Below, piece after piece: positions 61,801 to 64,000 of a stretch of DNA of 64,000 nucleotides (within the stretch, counting starts at the first letter, position 1; every line of letters starts with the position of its first letter). The notes below the pieces were generated by a model. It saw only the letters and a list, made by a program, of their open reading frames with translations, did not search any database and was not told where the DNA came from. The position numbers and the translations under genes are program-made. The stretch is from Podarcis liolepis (lineage: Eukaryota). The stretch lies in NCBI GenBank assembly GCA_965112155.1, contig OZ218100.1; one strand, written 5' to 3'.

Positions 61801-63369
61801 ATATCCCGCCTTTCACTCCCCTTCAGGAGTCTCAAAGCGGCTAACATTCTCCTTTCCCTTCCTCCCCCACAACAAGCACTCTGTGAGGTGAGTGGGGCTG
61901 AGAGACTTCAAAGAAGTGTGACTGGCCCAAGGTCACCCAGCAGCTGCATGTGGAGGAGCGGAGACTCGAACCCGGTTTCCCAGATTACTAGACTACCGCT
62001 CTTAACCACGACACCACACTGGCTCTCAGAAAGCTTCATAGCACTGAATACTGCAGATGTCTCCTTCAAATGATCATTGTTTTTCTGTAACATTTGTTTA
62101 AAGTCCTCTGAAAGTTCTTTAAAAGTACAAGATAGAAGCTACCATGCCAAACTAAGGCATAAGCCTCTCTATCAGTCTTGGGAATATAGTTGTAAAACCC
62201 GCCCACTCAATTCTCATCCTTGCTTCCTCTTTGTACACAGTTCCATTTGTCTCTCTGAAAATAACTCAGGGTGCTGGGCAGGAACTCTCATGGCTGTGTC
62301 TCTTGGCCCTTTACAGTTGCAGTCCTATTTTCACTTACCCAGGAGTAAGCCCCATTGAGCCCAGTGGGAATTATTTCCACGAAGGCATGTGTAAGAATGT
62401 GCTATACAGTGGTACCTCTAGTTTCAAACTTAATTTGTTCCAGAGGTCCATTCTTAACCTGAAACTGTTCATAACTAGAGGCGTGCTTTCTCTAATGGGA
62501 CCTTTTGCTGCTGCTGCGCCGCCGGCACACTCTTCCAGGTTAGCGGAGTTTGTAACCTGAAGCGTTTGTAACGTGAGGTACCACTGTAAAGCATAAAGAG
62601 ATAGTTGTAGCTCTGCTGTCAGAAGCAGGATGTCTCTGAATACCAGTCACTGCAAATCGGAAGTGGGCAGCATTGCTGTTTCACTCAGGCTTCCCACAGG
62701 CATCTGGCTGGCCACTGTGAGAACAGGATGCTGCACAAGATGGGCCCTTGGGCCTGATCCTGCAGCACTTTCTTCGCTGATTTAGTTAGGAAACTGCTAG
62801 GGAACTCATTTCCAGACTCAGAAGGAGGGCCAGGTGTTATTGCAACACTTTTTTAGCTCTCGAGAGCTGCACTTTTCCACCCAGGAAAGAAATGTCACAT
62901 TGAAAGGGCTGGCAAACTGGTGTTGCCATCTCCCCCAGCCCTTTTAGGGTTTTGACCAAGAAGCAGCTGCAACTGCTGTTCTTTTCACCTTCGGAATGAC
63001 TGCTCTGGTGTATCATAGCTGCTCAAACTATCTCTCCTAGTTCTAAAGAGCCGTGCAGCTAGGAGTGTCCCCCCCCCCCGCAACCAAATGAAAAACCACC
63101 AAGAGAACAAAAAACTGCCATCTCTCTGCTCACCCAGAAGCAGCTAATATTGCTAGGTATATAGCTTTTACATATAAACCCTCTGAAGTTTCAAGTCTGG
63201 CTTCCCCTGGCAACTGATCATCACCTTGTGAATGGCATCCAGGAGAGGAGTGAAGAGGTCGGTGTCGTAATTGGAGCGCTTGTTCTGGAGAATGGTCATC
63301 AACCTTTCCAGACCCATTCCTGTGTCCACATGATGCTCAGGCAGCTGCTGTAGACTCCCATCAGCCTCT
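37733..63369 (-). CDS. AARS2: Alanyl-tRNA synthetase 2, mitochondrial (exons 5-22; 5' end outside window)
   Basis: [47 protein letters not shown] and SVELCCGTH motifs; exon lengths largely match human AARS2 exons 5-22 as recalled. Confidence 0.97.
38002..39625 (-). mobile_element. 5'-truncated young L1 (ORF2 C-terminal 449 aa)
   Basis: [22 protein letters not shown]; AATAAA and poly(A); perfect TSD TCATTCCAGTTCTGGACTTTT at 37985 and 39625. Confidence 0.96.
40183..40293 (-). CDS. AARS2: AARS2 exon 21 ([10 protein letters not shown]...CACQVSK)
   Basis: 111 nt, canonical sites. Confidence 0.95.
40475..40558 (-). CDS. AARS2: AARS2 exon 20 (AAEKADDLL...)
   Basis: 84 nt, canonical sites. Confidence 0.93.
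41652..41762 (-). CDS. AARS2: AARS2 exon 19 ([16 protein letters not shown]...)
   Basis: 111 nt, canonical sites. Confidence 0.95.
43128..43250 (-). CDS. AARS2: AARS2 exon 18 ([12 protein letters not shown]...)
   Basis: 123 nt, canonical sites. Confidence 0.94.
43670..43835 (-). mobile_element. Squam2-like SINE
   Basis: Reverse tRNA-like head and CR1-type tail. Confidence 0.8.
46281..46389 (-). CDS. AARS2: AARS2 exon 17 ([22 protein letters not shown]...)
   Basis: 109 nt, canonical sites. Confidence 0.95.
47147..47256 (-). CDS. AARS2: AARS2 exon 16 ([12 protein letters not shown]...SVELCCGT)
   Basis: 110 nt, CxGTH motif. Confidence 0.96.
47437..49400 (-). mobile_element. CR1 LINE 3' part, interrupted by an L2 (pieces 47437-~47896 and 49101-49400)
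   Basis: [16 protein letters not shown] in right piece; [15 protein letters not shown] in left piece. Confidence 0.85.
47897..49100 (+). mobile_element. 5'-truncated L2-clade LINE (RT C-terminal half)
   Basis: [31 protein letters not shown]; uninterrupted 333-aa ORF; (ATT)n tail. Confidence 0.95.
49687..49824 (-). CDS. AARS2: AARS2 exon 15 ([12 protein letters not shown]...GLRKLNE)
   Basis: 138 nt, canonical sites. Confidence 0.94.
50681..50821 (-). CDS. AARS2: AARS2 exon 14 (editing domain HTATHLLN)
   Basis: 141 nt, HxxxH motif. Confidence 0.96.
52180..52293 (-). CDS. AARS2: AARS2 exon 13 ([19 protein letters not shown]...)
   Basis: 114 nt, phase 0-0. Confidence 0.95.
53036..53205 (-). 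CDS. AARS2: AARS2 exon 12 (...[17 protein letters not shown]...)
   Basis: 170 nt, canonical sites. Confidence 0.95.
55375..55516 (-). CDS. AARS2: AARS2 exon 11 (...[11 protein letters not shown]...)
   Basis: 142 nt, TDDSPK motif. Confidence 0.94.
55571..55706. mobile_element. Palindromic hAT-type MITE
   Basis: TIR CAGGCATAGG, perfect TSD ATTTAAAA. Confidence 0.9.
56619..56746 (-). CDS. AARS2: AARS2 exon 10 ([18 protein letters not shown]...)
   Basis: 128 nt, canonical sites. Confidence 0.94.
57878..57989 (-). CDS. AARS2: AARS2 exon 9 ([23 protein letters not shown]...)
   Basis: 112 nt; donor is CAG|GCAAGT (GC). Confidence 0.92.
59180..59218 (-). CDS. AARS2: AARS2 exon 8 ([13 protein letters not shown])
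   Basis: 39 nt, GDAYPEL motif. Confidence 0.93.
60067..60235. mobile_element. Tc1/mariner-type MITE
   Basis: TIR CCGTATTTTT, TA TSD on both sides. Confidence 0.85.
60722..60830 (-). CDS. AARS2: AARS2 exon 7 ([13 protein letters not shown]...)
   Basis: 109 nt, canonical splice sites. Confidence 0.96.
61543..61688 (-). CDS. AARS2: AARS2 exon 6 (GCGGPSY...[19 protein letters not shown])
   Basis: 146 nt, canonical splice sites. Confidence 0.96.
61736..62027 (-). mobile_element. Full-length Squam3 SINE with (TTC)n tail
   Basis: tRNA head, CORE-like gtgaccttgggccagtcac, L2-type tail. Confidence 0.9.
62407..62586. mobile_element. Tigger-type MITE
   Basis: TIR CAGTGGTACCTC, TA TSD on both sides. 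Confidence 0.85.
63225..63369 (-). CDS. AARS2: AARS2 exon 5 ([23 protein letters not shown]...)
   Basis: 145 nt, AG/GT flanks, class II motif 3. Confidence 0.96.
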
Positions 63370-64000
63370 CTGGCAATAGACCAGTCAGTAACCGGGGGGG
63401 GGGGGAGAGACAGATATAAGATAGAAGCAAAAGGCTTGATTATTCACCTAAAGCTATGGATGGGAAAAACCCCAGACAGTAAAGGAGATATCATAATTTG
63501 GAAATACGGTACTAGGGAAATGAATGAGAGGGGTAGCAGAAGCATTACCAGAATGCTGCAGCAGAGGATAGAAAGAGGATCAAACAGACTATGAAAGTGA
63601 GGCGTTACAAAAGTTCTTATATGGACTACATTATGAAGGGTGCTGGAAAGGCAGGTCAAATTACTCTAGAGCATTGGCAAGGAACCTCTGCCCTGCTCTT
63701 GAATGTTCCAGAACTCTTCTGAAATCAGCAGGGTGAAAGGTGCTACATTCAGAAGGAAGAATAACTCTGAATGCACTCCCAATTATTCCTTTGCAGCCAC
63801 AGCTTTTCTTCAGTTTAAGGCTGCAAAGGAAAAACCTTTGGAGCCACAGCTTGAACGCAATGGGTCCTCCACTTAACATGTTATTTACTTGCACAATCAT
63901 GACTGTAGGCGCACGGCTGAAAATAAATAGAGAGTGGGGGACACCTGCCATGGGGAGAGCTTTTCAAGTCTTCTAACTTGCTTAACAGCCTCAGGGAAGG

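Overview
Vertebrate nuclear DNA. The repeat content (Squam3- and Squam2-like SINEs, BovB, CR1, L2, L1, hAT/Tigger MITEs) points to a squamate reptile, probably a lizard. Two spliced genes sit tail-to-tail. (1) Minus strand, 63369 to 37733: AARS2 (mitochondrial alanyl-tRNA synthetase), 18 exons corresponding to human exons 5-22, the 5' part lying beyond the window, with one GC-AG intron. (2) Plus strand, ~15759 to 36668: an intact 19-exon gene assembled by hand (3408 nt CDS, 1135 aa) with an RGS22/RGSL1-type N-terminal motif and several divergent RGS-like domains. It looks like neither RGS22 nor RGSL1 itself, and as I recall no such gene lies 3' of human AARS2, so it is the best candidate for an uncharacterised system; RFX X-box motifs near its 5' end suggest a motile-cilia/sperm role. 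Also present: a young L1 with a perfect TSD in the last AARS2 intron, inverted solo LTRs bracketing an in-frame exon block, Penelope-type hammerhead ribozyme motifs, and an L2 nested in a CR1. The first ~15 kb has no recognisable protein-coding gene. Family assignments come from recalled sequences, not database searches.
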